From contig OY762825.2 in NCBI GenBank assembly GCA_963666425.2, positions 1,984,001 through 2,048,000 on the forward strand: 64,000 nucleotides of DNA, given 5' to 3'. Of the stretch, positions 40,956-51,619 are shown piece by piece; position 1 is the stretch's first letter, and each line of letters begins with the position of its first letter. The DNA is from Bacillota bacterium. Lineage in GTDB: Bacteria > Bacillota > JAAYKD01. A model generated the notes under the pieces. That model saw only the letters and a list, made by a program, of their open reading frames with translations, did not search any database and had not been told where the DNA came from. The position numbers and the translations under genes are program-made.

Positions 40956-41483
40956 ATGAGCTTTGAAGAGCAGGTTATGAGTGAGTATTTAAGTTTTGAT
41001 GCAATGAAGAATAATATTGAAACATTGCCTGATTGCCCGGGGAGTCTCATCATATTATTAAAAAATAAAAAAGTCTGTGATGCACTTTTCCCTAACGTTC
41101 AATTTCATTACTTACAAGGTTTGCCTATCATCTACGTCAGTATCACTAATCATGGGATATACGGTCGGTATAGGAATCATTTCCTTGGGACAGCCATATT
41201 CTCAACTTTAAGAAAAAGCATAGGAGCCTTGTTTCATTGGCACGATTACCGGGTGATTATGGCTGGCAATAGATACCATTTCGATGATTTACACGAAAGT
41301 GAATTAACCGAGTGGATGAAGAAGAATTTACTTTTCTTGTATAAGTGTGTTTTACCAGATGCCGATTTGGACATATGTAAACAATACCTTACCCAGGAGT
41401 TGAATCCACCGTTAAATATTAGCATGAATCATAATCCAGTAAATTCTCAATTTAGAGAAGAGCTAACAATGTTGAGAAGGTAA
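40956..41483 (+). CDS. GIY-YIG-like nuclease family protein (degenerate motif)
   Basis: LPDCPG, IIYVSI, RYRNHF, STLRKSIGAL, ELNPPLNI. Confidence 0.65.
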   Translation: MSFEEQVMSEYLSFDAMKNNIETLPDCPGSLIILLKNKKVCDALFPNVQFHYLQGLPIIYVSITNHGIYGRYRNHFLGTAIFSTLRKSIGALFHWHDYRVIMAGNRYHFDDLHESELTEWMKKNLLFLYKCVLPDADLDICKQYLTQELNPPLNISMNHNPVNSQFREELTMLRR

Positions 41484-41649
41484 CTAACGAACTCGCCAAT
41501 ATGAACCTTTTTATTCAGTTGAGTGTTGCTGCCAAGTAGCTTTGGCCGCAAACTGACAGGAACTTTTGGCCTCACTTTGACAGCAATCGTGACCGCTTGA
41601 GGGTAAGCAGGTTGGCGGTGCCAACCTGCTTCGCAAAATCCAAAAGGAC

Positions 41650-42120
41650 TTAACTCATTTCACCTTCAATCACCAGACGAACCATATGGTCATCAATAAT
41701 CCGGTGTTTACCAGTTGCACCATACAGCAAACAATTGGTGCAGAGCTTGTTAATCAGGCGCGGGATACCGGTAGAATAAAGATAGATCTCCTGGACCGCC
41801 GCATCGGTAAAGAGATCCCGCTCCACTCCAGCACAGCGTAACTGGCTATGGATAAACGCGGCTGTTTCGGCTTTATCCAATGGCTGTAAGCGGCATAGAA
41901 TATCAATGCGCTGCCGGATGGCCGCAAAGGCTTTCAGCTCCAGCCGGTTCCATAATTCACTTTGACCTACCAAAATCAGAGCGAATAGCGAACAGCTGAT
42001 GCTCCGCCGCGTAGCGCAAGCGCCCCAGGGTTTCTTCCAGCATGCCGCTGGGGTAGAGTGACTGAGTCGTAATTTCTCGGGAAAACGGCGTTCTTTCGCA
42101 TTGGTAGAAGCTTTCATACA
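41650..42120 (-). pseudogene. ExeA-like transposition AAA ATPase, internally deleted/frameshifted
   Basis: LILVGQSEL, AIRQRI, TGIPRLINKLC present; Walker A region absent. Confidence 0.75.
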
Positions 42121-42594
42121 TGGCGGTCTTCTCCTAAATCACGAAAGGAAATGGCAGTCTTTTGTTGCTTTTCCCGTATTTGGTTTTTCAGCTTCGCCGC
42201 TGTCAGATACCGAGATTGAGCAGGCTGCTCCACTTTACCCGCAGGTAAGACAGGTCGGATAGCGGACCTTGAACCTATTTGTAACGGTTTAGCGGTAAAA
42301 CGCGGCAGGCCGTCGGCTTCTACCCAGAGCAGATCCGGGGTTTGGCTGTCGTAGAGTAGTGTGACTTTACGACCAACCAAGAGTAAGCCATACTCCAACT
42401 CGTATTTTTTACCGTTGAAGCTAATACAACCGGCTTTGTCTACTTTGCGTTGTTCTACCCGTAGAAAGGCTTCTGCCAAGCTTTCGCTGGCAATAAAGCG
42501 TAAGGGTTCGCTGTCTTGCCGGAAGGCCAAAGCCGGCGAAGTCTTACCTCCTAAACCACGGTGCGGCCGATTTTGGTAGCATTCCGCTAACCAA
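42114..42594 (-). pseudogene. Mu-like DDE transposase C-terminal fragment
   Basis: RPHRGLGG, RKVDKAGCISFNGKKYE; N-terminus missing. Confidence 0.75.
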
Positions 42595-42793
42595 ACCAGT
42601 CTATTTCTATCTCGTAACCGGGTTTGTGTTCAAGGTGCATTGTAGCCTTATTACGCTGCACATATTCGTAATAATGATGCCTAAACTGGGTATAGCCGTA
42701 TGGAATTTGTGTTTTGTCAAGAAGAAATCCCTGAAATTATCAAGGTAAATTCCCGGAAATAATCACGAGCAATCCCGAGAAAAATCATCGAGG

Positions 42794-43552
42794 TTATTTA
42801 ACAGATTGACGCATCAAAGCATGAGTCATCCGGTAGCTTTGGCCCTCAAAAATCAGAAGGTGACCATGGTGAACCAAACGGTCAATCATGGCAGCAGCCA
42901 TTTGCTCATCCGTGAAAATACCACCCCATTTGGAAAATTCGAGGTTCGTTGTGAGGATCAAGCTTTTACTCTCGTAGCTGTCAGCAACTACCCGAAAGAG
43001 CAATTGAGAACCTTCCTTATCAACCGGAATATAGCCCCATTCATCGAGAATCAGAAGATCCAGATTTATCAAATCACGCACCAAACGTTCCAGCGTGCCG
43101 GATCTGTGTGCCTCTCCCAGTTTTAAAACAAGTTCTGTCACTGTGAAGAAACGCACATTCATCCCCATCTCGCAGGCTTTGACACCCAAAGCAATGGCCA
43201 AGTGCGTTTTACCGATTCCTACCGGACCATAAAGAATCAAGTTTTTCTTTTCCGCAATAAAGCGGCAGCTTAGAAGTTCTTCTTTTGTTAGGGATGGCGG
43301 GAGGCGCATTACATTGAATTCATAATCGGCGAAACTTTTCAGGACTGGAAAGCAAGCTCGATTCAACTGTCTGGTTCGTCGGTTCCTTTCTCGCTTCAAA
43401 ATCTCCTCTTCAAGCACGTAAGCGAGGAACTCCTCTTGTTTTGGTGTTGCTTTTTGCTCACACAATTCCACCATTCGCTGCGAAAGAATCAGCTTTTTAC
43501 AACTAGCTGAAATGGAGTCGCGAGCCGCGCTGCGCGCCTTCGTGTTAAGCAT
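42794..43552 (-). CDS. istB: IS21 helper ATPase IstB (element A)
   Basis: GPVGIGKTH, LILDEWGY, TTNLEFSKW, DRLVHH. Confidence 0.92.
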   Translation of the reverse strand: MLNTKARSAARDSISASCKKLILSQRMVELCEQKATPKQEEFLAYVLEEEILKRERNRRTRQLNRACFPVLKSFADYEFNVMRLPPSLTKEELLSCRFIAEKKNLILYGPVGIGKTHLAIALGVKACEMGMNVRFFTVTELVLKLGEAHRSGTLERLVRDLINLDLLILDEWGYIPVDKEGSQLLFRVVADSYESKSLILTTNLEFSKWGGIFTDEQMAAAMIDRLVHHGHLLIFEGQSYRMTHALMRQSVK

Positions 43553-44277
43553 CGCGTTCACCCACCTGCAGAAGCTGGTCATAGGCAGTCAGATCGGGTC
43601 CTTTTTCCGGAGCGGTATGCAAGCCATAATTCATCATACGGGCAGCTAAGACAGCAGCATCGCAGAAATGGTGCCGATTCGTGCGAAATCCCTCCTCCAA
43701 AGCTTTTACTGCCGTATCAAAAGAATAAACCTTGCTCAATTCAGACAGGGTGCGCACCGTTTGCTTGAGATCTTCCCGGCAAAGAACATCCATATTGTCC
43801 CGCAAAGCAACCGGAATCATTTCACGCACACTGCTATTTTTCCAGGCGCCGACGTTCCTGGTCAAGGTTGCTAAGGTGGTGCGATAATCCAGGCTGTCCG
43901 TCCGTTCTTCACCAAATTTGCGGCTGTGGATGACAATCATCTCACCACGCTCGGCATAAATCTCTATGGTATGCGCTTTCACCCCGACCAAAAACTCGGT
44001 TCCACCGAATTCAGGGCAGGTAGAGTAGTAATGGCGGTCGTCCACTCTTACTTTGCCGTAACTGTCGGCATTGACGTAAATGAAACGGCAGACATTGGAC
44101 GGGTGTACCGGAAGTGATTTGAGCGCTTTGAGATCTTCTTCGAATAATTCATGAATGTATATGCTAATCTAAATGTTGACCAGTTTAGCACCGAATGCTA
44201 AACGAAAAGTTGACCACCTTGAGCCCCTTTCCTGTTATGATGTATTTGCGAGAAACATCAAGCAGGAGGAAAGGAAA

Positions 44278-45747
44278 ATGTACAAGATGGTCGATAAAGA
44301 GTATATCAGAAAACTGTATTACATGGAAGACTGGCCCATCAGGAAAATCAGTCGTCAGCTTCAGATATCACGTCAAGCCATCCGAAAAATGATAGAGGAT
44401 ACGGAAAAGCCAAAGTATGAAATTAAGAAAGAGCGGCCGGCACCGGTCATGGATCAGTATTTGGAAATATTGCGGCAATGGATTGAAGAAGACGAGAAAG
44501 CTCCGAAAAAACAAAGGCATACTGCGATACGAATGTATGAACGCTTAAGGGATGAACATAATTTTACCGGTGGCAGTTCAACCGTGAGACAGAGCGTTGC
44601 CAAATTGAAAAACAAAGTACCGGAAGTATTTATACCTTTAACGGCAGCACCGGGTGAACAGGTTCAGGTAGACTTCGGGCATGCACAAGTGGTGCTGGCC
44701 GGTCATGAACAGAAAGTAAATATCTTTTGCATGCGTTTGAAGCACAGTTCGGTACCCTTTGTTGTAGCTTTTCCAACAGAACGGCTGGAAGCCTTTTTGG
44801 AAGGACACGTTCAAGGTTTTGCTTACTTCGGTGGTGTGCCAAGAGAAGGTCTCTACGATAATGCGAAGACGCAGGTCGTGAAGATCTTAGAGGGGCCTTA
44901 CCGCCAAGAACACGAGGATTTCTCAAGTTTACGCTCTCACTATTTGTTTAACAGTCTTTTTTGCCGACCGAGAAAAGGTAATGAGAAAGGAGCGGTAGAG
45001 GGTCTGGTGAAGCAAGTACGCAGCCAAGCAATGGTTCCCGTGCCGGAATGCGAAAATTTGGAAGAACTTAACGCTTTATTACTGAATTGGTGTAAGAAAG
45101 AAAAATCAAGAAACCAAGAAAAGTGGTTAGCTGAACAGGCGCAATTACGTCCTTTGCCAGTAGAACCATACTCGGCAGCAAAAATAGTGGCTGCGAAGGT
45201 GAGTTCTTACTCACTGGTGACCATTGACCGAAACCGTTACTCCGTTCCCACAGAGTTTGTAGGAGAAAACTTATTTGTTAAAGCTTATGTGAATCGCATA
45301 GAAGTTCTGCACCGTAACCATGTTATTGCGACTCACAATCGCTGCTACGGTAGGAACCATACTTCTTTACAATTAGAGCATTATCTCAATGCCTTAGAGA
45401 AAAAACCACACGCGGTAACACATGCTACGGTGGTTCGCCAATTGCCTTTACCTTTTCAGCAGGTCAAAGAGAACATGGAGCAAGCGCACGGAACCGGCTA
45501 CAAAGATTTTTTACGAGTTCTTTTGTTAACACACGAGTATCCGTTGAATGAAATAGGTGCTGCGATTACCGACCTTGGGGCTTCTCGAGCCTGCGAAGAG
45601 ACCCTGAGACACTATTTACAAAGTAAACGAAACCCATTAGAAGAACAGCGAGACCCACAAAGACAACTCCTCACCAATGGGATTCCCCTGATCACCATAC
45701 AAGATACTCAACGCTATGATTTGTTGTTGCAGGGGGTGAGAGCATGA
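44278..45747 (+). CDS. istA: IS21 transposase IstA (element B)
   Basis: PGEQVQVDFG, YDNAKT, NEKGAVE, NRYSVP. Confidence 0.93.
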   Translation: MYKMVDKEYIRKLYYMEDWPIRKISRQLQISRQAIRKMIEDTEKPKYEIKKERPAPVMDQYLEILRQWIEEDEKAPKKQRHTAIRMYERLRDEHNFTGGSSTVRQSVAKLKNKVPEVFIPLTAAPGEQVQVDFGHAQVVLAGHEQKVNIFCMRLKHSSVPFVVAFPTERLEAFLEGHVQGFAYFGGVPREGLYDNAKTQVVKILEGPYRQEHEDFSSLRSHYLFNSLFCRPRKGNEKGAVEGLVKQVRSQAMVPVPECENLEELNALLLNWCKKEKSRNQEKWLAEQAQLRPLPVEPYSAAKIVAAKVSSYSLVTIDRNRYSVPTEFVGENLFVKAYVNRIEVLHRNHVIATHNRCYGRNHTSLQLEHYLNALEKKPHAVTHATVVRQLPLPFQQVKENMEQAHGTGYKDFLRVLLLTHEYPLNEIGAAITDLGASRACEETLRHYLQSKRNPLEEQRDPQRQLLTNGIPLITIQDTQRYDLLLQGVRA

Positions 45748-46508
45748 GTCTTGATATAACCGAGGCTCAAATTGAGCTCTCTTGTAAACTTCTTCGCTTA
45801 CCAGGCTTGAAACAACAGTTTCGCGCTCTGGTTCGCGAAGCAAACGAAAGGAACCTGAATTGTAGTCAATTCTTGAAACTGTGCTTAGAACAAGAAATTC
45901 ACGATCGCCAGGTAAAGAAACAGCAAATTCTGCTTCGTCAGGCTAAATTCCCGGCAAAGAAGACCTTGGCGGATTTCGATTTTACGAAAATCCCGCAACT
46001 GCCAAAGAACAAAATATTAAAGCTTGCCGATTCCGAATATGTTAAGCGTAAAGAAAATATTATTTGTATTGGCAGAGCTGGAACGGGAAAAAGTCATATT
46101 AGCATTGCCTTGGGAATGGAAGCTTTACAAAAGGGTTTTCGAGTTCGGTTCATTTCAGTGATGCAGCTTTTGCAGGAAATTCAATTGGCTGAAGCGGAAT
46201 TCCGCTTACCCCGCTACTTAAAAGCATGGAACCGAGTCGATCTTGTTATTCTTGATGAACTTGGTTATCTCCCACTTGGGGAACAGGGTAAACTACTATT
46301 TCATTTTATCTCTCAACGTTACGAAACAGGAAGCTTGATAATAACCTCTAACTTAGAGTTTTCCCGCTGGGTTGAAGTCTTGCATGACCCAGCATTAACT
46401 TCTGCCTTGCTAGACAGACTGACTCACCATTCTAATATTATTCTTTTCGATGGAGAATCGTATCGCTTTCGCGAAAGCCTGGCTCGCCAGGCGGTGGATT
46501 TGAATTAG
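45744..46508 (+). CDS. istB: IS21 helper ATPase IstB (element B)
   Basis: GRAGTGKSH, ILDELGY, TSNLEFSRW, LDRLTHH. Confidence 0.95.
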   Translation: MSLDITEAQIELSCKLLRLPGLKQQFRALVREANERNLNCSQFLKLCLEQEIHDRQVKKQQILLRQAKFPAKKTLADFDFTKIPQLPKNKILKLADSEYVKRKENIICIGRAGTGKSHISIALGMEALQKGFRVRFISVMQLLQEIQLAEAEFRLPRYLKAWNRVDLVILDELGYLPLGEQGKLLFHFISQRYETGSLIITSNLEFSRWVEVLHDPALTSALLDRLTHHSNIILFDGESYRFRESLARQAVDLN

Positions 46509-48554
46509 TTTTCACTAAGTTTTTATCTTATTTTTTTACGCCAAGGTGGTCAACTTTTCGAATAGCAAGGTGGTCAACTTTTCGATTGACAAATACACAT
46601 GAATCGGGCGCAGCTTTTTGTAATGGATCTCTTCTGCCTTGATTCGGTGCATTTCCAGCAACTCTTGGTTGTAACTTTCTATGCTGTCGTATGAGGGAAT
46701 CGGCACAAAGAGATTATGCCGGGTATAACATACCTTGTTCTCTACGTGGCCTTTTTCATGTCCGGCACTTTAGATTACAGAACCTTGCAATGAAACCGTA
46801 GTGTGCCCGCATTTGCTGAAAAAGCTGCGCCTCACGAATTTCATCCCCCATACGCCGTCCGATTCCCGTTGCGTTGTCAAAGACCAATACACTGGGAACG
46901 CCGCCAATATAAGCAAAAATATCCTTTAATCCTTGGCAGACGCACTCACTTGTTTCCCCGCCAAATACTTGGCTGAAACCATTATTGCTGTAAGGGAACG
47001 AAACTGTCAGATATTTTTTCCGAATCAACTCGCCCTTTTCGTAAAAATCCGATTCGCCAAAATCAACTTGTGCTTCTCCGGCATGCCAAACGAGTTCCTG
47101 AAAGGTTTGTTTCTTCTGTATGCTTGCTTTATATGACTTAACGTAACGTTGCACGGTTGGATAGGATAAATCGAATTCCGGATGTTCTTTCTTCAGACGG
47201 TCGTAAATTCTCTGTGCCGTATGGCGTTGTTTATACCAAACATTCGCATCTGCATCGATCCATTCACATATCTGTGCTTTATATGGATCCAGGCGCGATT
47301 CGCGCTCTTCATGCGAAGGTACTTGCGGTGAAAAATCTTCCTTGTTCAGATATTTTCGCACCGTTTTCTCATCTAGCGTCAGCTCTCGGGCAATCTGTGC
47401 GATTTTATTCCCGGCCGCGTAGCTTTCTTTGATTTCATTGATTTGAGACATATTCAGCATGACTCCCTTCCTCCTCAACCGCTTCTTTACGATTAAGGAT
47501 ATGGTTTTTAAGACAGTAGTCAACCATCTTTTCGTCATGATTTTTCCCGGGAATTCCTGATGATAATAACCGGACTTCCTGATAATTTTTTCCGGTATTT
47601 TTAGTTTACATTAAACAGGAATTTCTGCTGTATGCCGACAGTCATTGCAGTATTCATCTCAAAGCAGAGAGAAGGTAACGCCTCGCTGACCCAGATCTTT
47701 ATGCATTTTCTCGTAATCCGGCACCCGCCGGTTTTGGTCCTTAGCAGCCTTTTCCGGATAGAGCAGAGCTTCCAGTTCGGTGTCACTCATTTCGTTTGGC
47801 TGCGGCCAAACCATGGTCTTCTCGCTGGCACGCTTGAGCACGTCAGCTACTGTGTTTCGCGAGTATCCGAGGTTTGCTCCAATACTCGTGCGGCTCAAGC
47901 CTATGCTGTTAAGCCGTAAGATTTCGCGGTAATTGGTCATTCTTTGACCTCATTCATGTTTTCACACTGATTGTGTGTAACATGATTTTACCACGATTGA
48001 GAGACTGCACTGAGTTCCGTTTTAGCTGCACTCGTTTTCCGTCGCTGCTGCACTCGTTTTCCGTCGCTGCTGCACTAACTTTCCGATCCAACTGCACGGT
48101 TTCAGCCGATGTAATCAGAATAACTACTTTAGACCCTGTCTATATGTCACGAATAATATCGCAATTCACCGCAATTGACAGCAGATTTAATAGTGATAAC
48201 TTCACAGAAAATTATACACTAGCTATAGATTATGAAAAAGCTAAATATTTGTGCGAAAGATTCAATCTTACTATTCTAGACGATTTGTGTAATGAAAATT
48301 TTCCCTGCAAAACGGTACCGCCACATTGAAATATGCAACCAAAATGATCTCTGAAAACACTCGATTCTAAATAGTCTTCTCTTCGTTCTGCTTTCTTTGA
48401 CTTCATCACAGAAGGTTCATCATCTTCACACTCTTATTTTGTCGGGTTTTTCTAGACCATTATAATTGGTTGTCCAGGATTTTGACCGCCCCCTCGGTAG
48501 TATCGTATACCGAATATATTTGTCAACCGAAATATTCATAAAGGAGGGGCTAGC

Positions 48555-49043
48555 GTGTTTTATAAAGGCTTTAATAGTAAACTTCAAGGTTACGGAGATT
48601 ATCAATTTGAAATAGGTAAAACTCACTCATCAATTACTAAAGATAACTTTGTATGGTTTCATTATGCAGAATATCTAAGTGCGACATTGGTACATTTTGA
48701 AGCAGACATACGTATTTGCTTGGTTACTCCACTTGGAGAAACGCGATATTTTAAGGGGGGATTGGATGGGGTAGGAAAAGGTTACTACACAACAAACAAA
48801 ATTCTGATTGACAGGGAATTAACGAGACGAGAAATCTTCGAAATTTTTGGGAATGAGGAATTCTCTTTCTATTTACTTCTTAAATTGAATCCCCCGTTTG
48901 AAGTGTTAGTTAAATATAAAATGAAAATATTTAAATACTCAGATAGCGTTCTACAAATGAAACACCTAACCAAGGAGCAGAAGCTATTCTTACTTCCTAA
49001 GGTTTGTCATAAATATATCGATTTGTATCCAGCTGCTTTCTAA
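48555..49043 (+). CDS. hypothetical protein with phage-like N-terminus
   Basis: SD AAGGAGG; YKGFNSKL..YQFEIGKT resembles a motif common in phage proteins. Confidence 0.6.
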   Translation: MFYKGFNSKLQGYGDYQFEIGKTHSSITKDNFVWFHYAEYLSATLVHFEADIRICLVTPLGETRYFKGGLDGVGKGYYTTNKILIDRELTRREIFEIFGNEEFSFYLLLKLNPPFEVLVKYKMKIFKYSDSVLQMKHLTKEQKLFLLPKVCHKYIDLYPAAF

Positions 49044-49450
49044 CTGATTGTTAACCTTTCTGATGCATCAAAGGCGACTTACTAACATGTTACATGAAAG
49101 AGTTTTTGAACCCTGTGAATTTCTTAGTAAAGTTAGTATAAAGAGATGGGTTACCTTGGGCAATTTCCTCGAGGTTACGACTGAACCGATATTGGCGAAG
49201 TGAGATTGCAGTCCAGCTTCGGGTATCTTGTAAGCAACCAAGTCCCGATGCAACAGATGACGTTGGAGTAAGGCCGAATAGTCGATATAGTTTTCAAACT
49301 TTTTTACGATACTTATATCTTTTAATCATTTCTTTTTTACCGCCTACAAGATGGTGTGCATGAAATAATTATTAAATTACAAAAAATGCGCCAGGGCAGG
49401 CAAAGCCAACGTGGAAGATAAACTTCAATTGCATATGAAAGGGAAAAGCA

Positions 49451-51052
49451 ATGAAAAGAGTTTTGAGTGTTTTGTTAATAATTCTGCTTCTGTTCTCAGT
49501 AACAATAGGGAGCGCCCTTGCATCAAATCCAGCTATTCCGACTTCGGCTTCTGTACTGGTAAACGGACAATCCGTCACTTTCGAAGCTTACAACATTACC
49601 GATAACAACTACTTCAAACTGCGTGATTTAGCACAAGCTCTAAAGGGCTCAGATAAACAGTTTGAGGTTGGTTGGGATGTATCTCTAAACGCAATCAATT
49701 TGACTACAGGCCAGTCATATACTACCGTTGGTGGTGAGTTGACTTCTTCTGGTAGCATTGGAGCGCAATCAGCAGTATTGTCTTCATCGCCAGTATATAT
49801 CAACGGGACTAAAGTTTCCTTAACTGCTTATAATATCGCCGGTTATAATTATTTCAAATTACGGGATATAGCAAATGCAATCAAATTCGGCGTTGGCTGG
49901 GATGGAATAACAAGTACAATTACTATTGATACCACTGTCGGGTATACAGACACATCTGATTTAACTGTACATTTCCTTGATGTTGGGCAAGGTGATTCCG
50001 AATTCATTATCCTACCGGATGGCAAGACTATGCTGATAGATGCCGGTGAAAGTGAATATGGCGATACTATCGTCAATTACATCAAAAATCTAGGCTATAG
50101 CAAAATTGACTATCTAGTAGCTACCCATCCCCATACTGACCATATTGGTGGTATGACGATGATAATTCAGAATTTCAAGATGGGTTCAATTTATATGCCA
50201 TACGCCACAACGACAACAGAGACATATGCGGATCTACTGATGGTAATAAAAAACGCTGGTCTTACGATATCAACTGCAAAAGCAGGAGTTACTATGTTCA
50301 ACTCCAACGGAGTAACGGCGAATATCATAGCACCTGTGGGAACTGAATATGATGATTTAAACAATTATTCAGCTGTCATCAAGCTCATATACAACAACAA
50401 TTCTATTCTGTTTATGGGTGACGCCGAAGAATTATCCGAGAATGAGATAACAGCTAATGTGGAAGCTGACATTTTAAAGGTAGGTCATCATGGCAGTGAT
50501 TCATCCACAGGGCAAACTTTCCTAAATAAAATTGCTCCAAAGTATGCAGTGATTTCTGTTGGAGCAGATAATGATTATGGGCATCCGGCTCAGACTACAT
50601 TAGATAAACTGAGCAAAGTTGGAGCAGCAATATACAGGACAGACAAAGATGGAACGATTATTTTCACACTTGATGGAACGAATATCACGGTCAATAAGAT
50701 ACCTTCAACAGAGAGTTCAAATACAGATCCAAGTGCAGGATCAGGCAACGGAACACTGGCAACAAATGTTGTAATTAGTAGCGTAGATAAAGTTGTGGAA
50801 CTCGTGACCATTGAGAATAACGGTATGAGTGATGTCAATCTAGCTGGCTGGGTGTTGATTTCTGTGACAGGTAATCAGAGATTTACATTCCCGTCTTATA
50901 TTCTTAAGGCGGGTGAAAAAATAACAGTTGCAAGCGGTGGGGCTTATGGAGATTTAGTTTGGTCAACAAGCAATACCTGGAACAATTCAAGCAGTGATCC
51001 TGCACAATTGTATGATTCAAATGGCACTTTGATTTCTACCCATTCAGATTAG
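49451..51052 (+). CDS. secreted ComEC/Rec2-like metallo-beta-lactamase nuclease with two cell-surface (copper-amine-oxidase-N-like) repeats and a lamin-tail domain
   Basis: Signal peptide; 2x AYNI..NYFKLRD; FLDVGQGD, THPHTDHIGG, KVGHHGS, YGHP; ELVTIEN..GW..WNN. Confidence 0.9.
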   Translation: MKRVLSVLLIILLLFSVTIGSALASNPAIPTSASVLVNGQSVTFEAYNITDNNYFKLRDLAQALKGSDKQFEVGWDVSLNAINLTTGQSYTTVGGELTSSGSIGAQSAVLSSSPVYINGTKVSLTAYNIAGYNYFKLRDIANAIKFGVGWDGITSTITIDTTVGYTDTSDLTVHFLDVGQGDSEFIILPDGKTMLIDAGESEYGDTIVNYIKNLGYSKIDYLVATHPHTDHIGGMTMIIQNFKMGSIYMPYATTTTETYADLLMVIKNAGLTISTAKAGVTMFNSNGVTANIIAPVGTEYDDLNNYSAVIKLIYNNNSILFMGDAEELSENEITANVEADILKVGHHGSDSSTGQTFLNKIAPKYAVISVGADNDYGHPAQTTLDKLSKVGAAIYRTDKDGTIIFTLDGTNITVNKIPSTESSNTDPSAGSGNGTLATNVVISSVDKVVELVTIENNGMSDVNLAGWVLISVTGNQRFTFPSYILKAGEKITVASGGAYGDLVWSTSNTWNNSSSDPAQLYDSNGTLISTHSD

Positions 51053-51065
51053 AGGTGACTTAATC

Positions 51066-51266
51066 ATGAAAATTATCATTGAACGTTTTGAAGGTGATTT
51101 TGCTGTAGTTGAACTTGAAGACAGAACCTTTGCAAATATACCCAAGAAACTAATTCCCTTTGGGGCATCAGAAGGCACAGTATTAATCATAAATATTGAT
51201 CATGAAGAAACAGAAAAGTTAAAAGCGGAAATATCAAGACTCGCGAAAGAGCTTTTCAAAAAATAA
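51066..51266 (+). CDS. DUF3006 family protein
   Basis: IIERFEGDFAVVE..IPKKLIP.GASEG; usual partner of the upstream MBL gene. Confidence 0.85.
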   Translation: MKIIIERFEGDFAVVELEDRTFANIPKKLIPFGASEGTVLIINIDHEETEKLKAEISRLAKELFKK

Positions 51267-51619
51267 TAATAAGGATAACATGTGCCATCAGAAGGTACTC
51301 TGTGTATCGTCAGGATTTGGTTAATGCCGATTGAATATTCCGGTGTGACAGAGTCCACCAGTCCAGCGCAATAGAGTCGTTTCAAGAAAACCTTATTTTT
51401 GTCTCATCATAGTGCAGGCGAGACAAAGAAATAGCATAGAGCCAACGGAAAAACAGTGTAGTGCAACGGAGTTTGGATGCCAGTCCATACTTGCAAAATT
51501 TCATTTGATGGATCGGGTTTTCATTGATTTTTACACTAATTTTGAGAATCTTTGAAACCACGCCAAAGAATATTTTTTGAGAAATAGTGAAATATTGAAG
51601 AGAGCGAAGGAGATTCGAC

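Larger units (their letters stand above)
44156..46597 (+). mobile_element. intact IS21-family element B (innermost)
   Basis: TGTATATG...AAATACA ends, repeated AAAAGTTGACCAC boxes, 6-bp TSD CATGAA (44150-44155, 46598-46603). Confidence 0.93.
43545..47460 (-). pseudogene. istA: IS21 transposase IstA of element A, split by element B and frameshifted near 46765
   Basis: GEAQVDFG, FDNA, GHEKGHVE; reads RPIHELFEED when element B and one TSD copy are removed. Confidence 0.88.
42708..47617 (-). mobile_element. IS21-family element A (interrupted)
   Basis: Ends TGTGTTTTGTCAAG and TGTTTAATGTAAAC, internal repeats, 6-bp TSD GGAATT (42702-42707, 47618-47623). Confidence 0.88.
42595..48117 (-). mobile_element. 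truncated IS21-family element C (outermost of the nest)
   Basis: istA 5' part 47940-47618 (MTNYREILRL..., frameshifted) continues at 42707-42595 as IPYGYTQF..TMHLEHKPG..IDW; end TGATTACATCGGCTGAAACCGTGCAG with CTGCAC repeats at 48003-48117. Confidence 0.8.

Noticed and set aside
47973-48329. 118-aa ORF
   Set aside because: It runs through IS21 terminal repeats; no SD or recognisable motif
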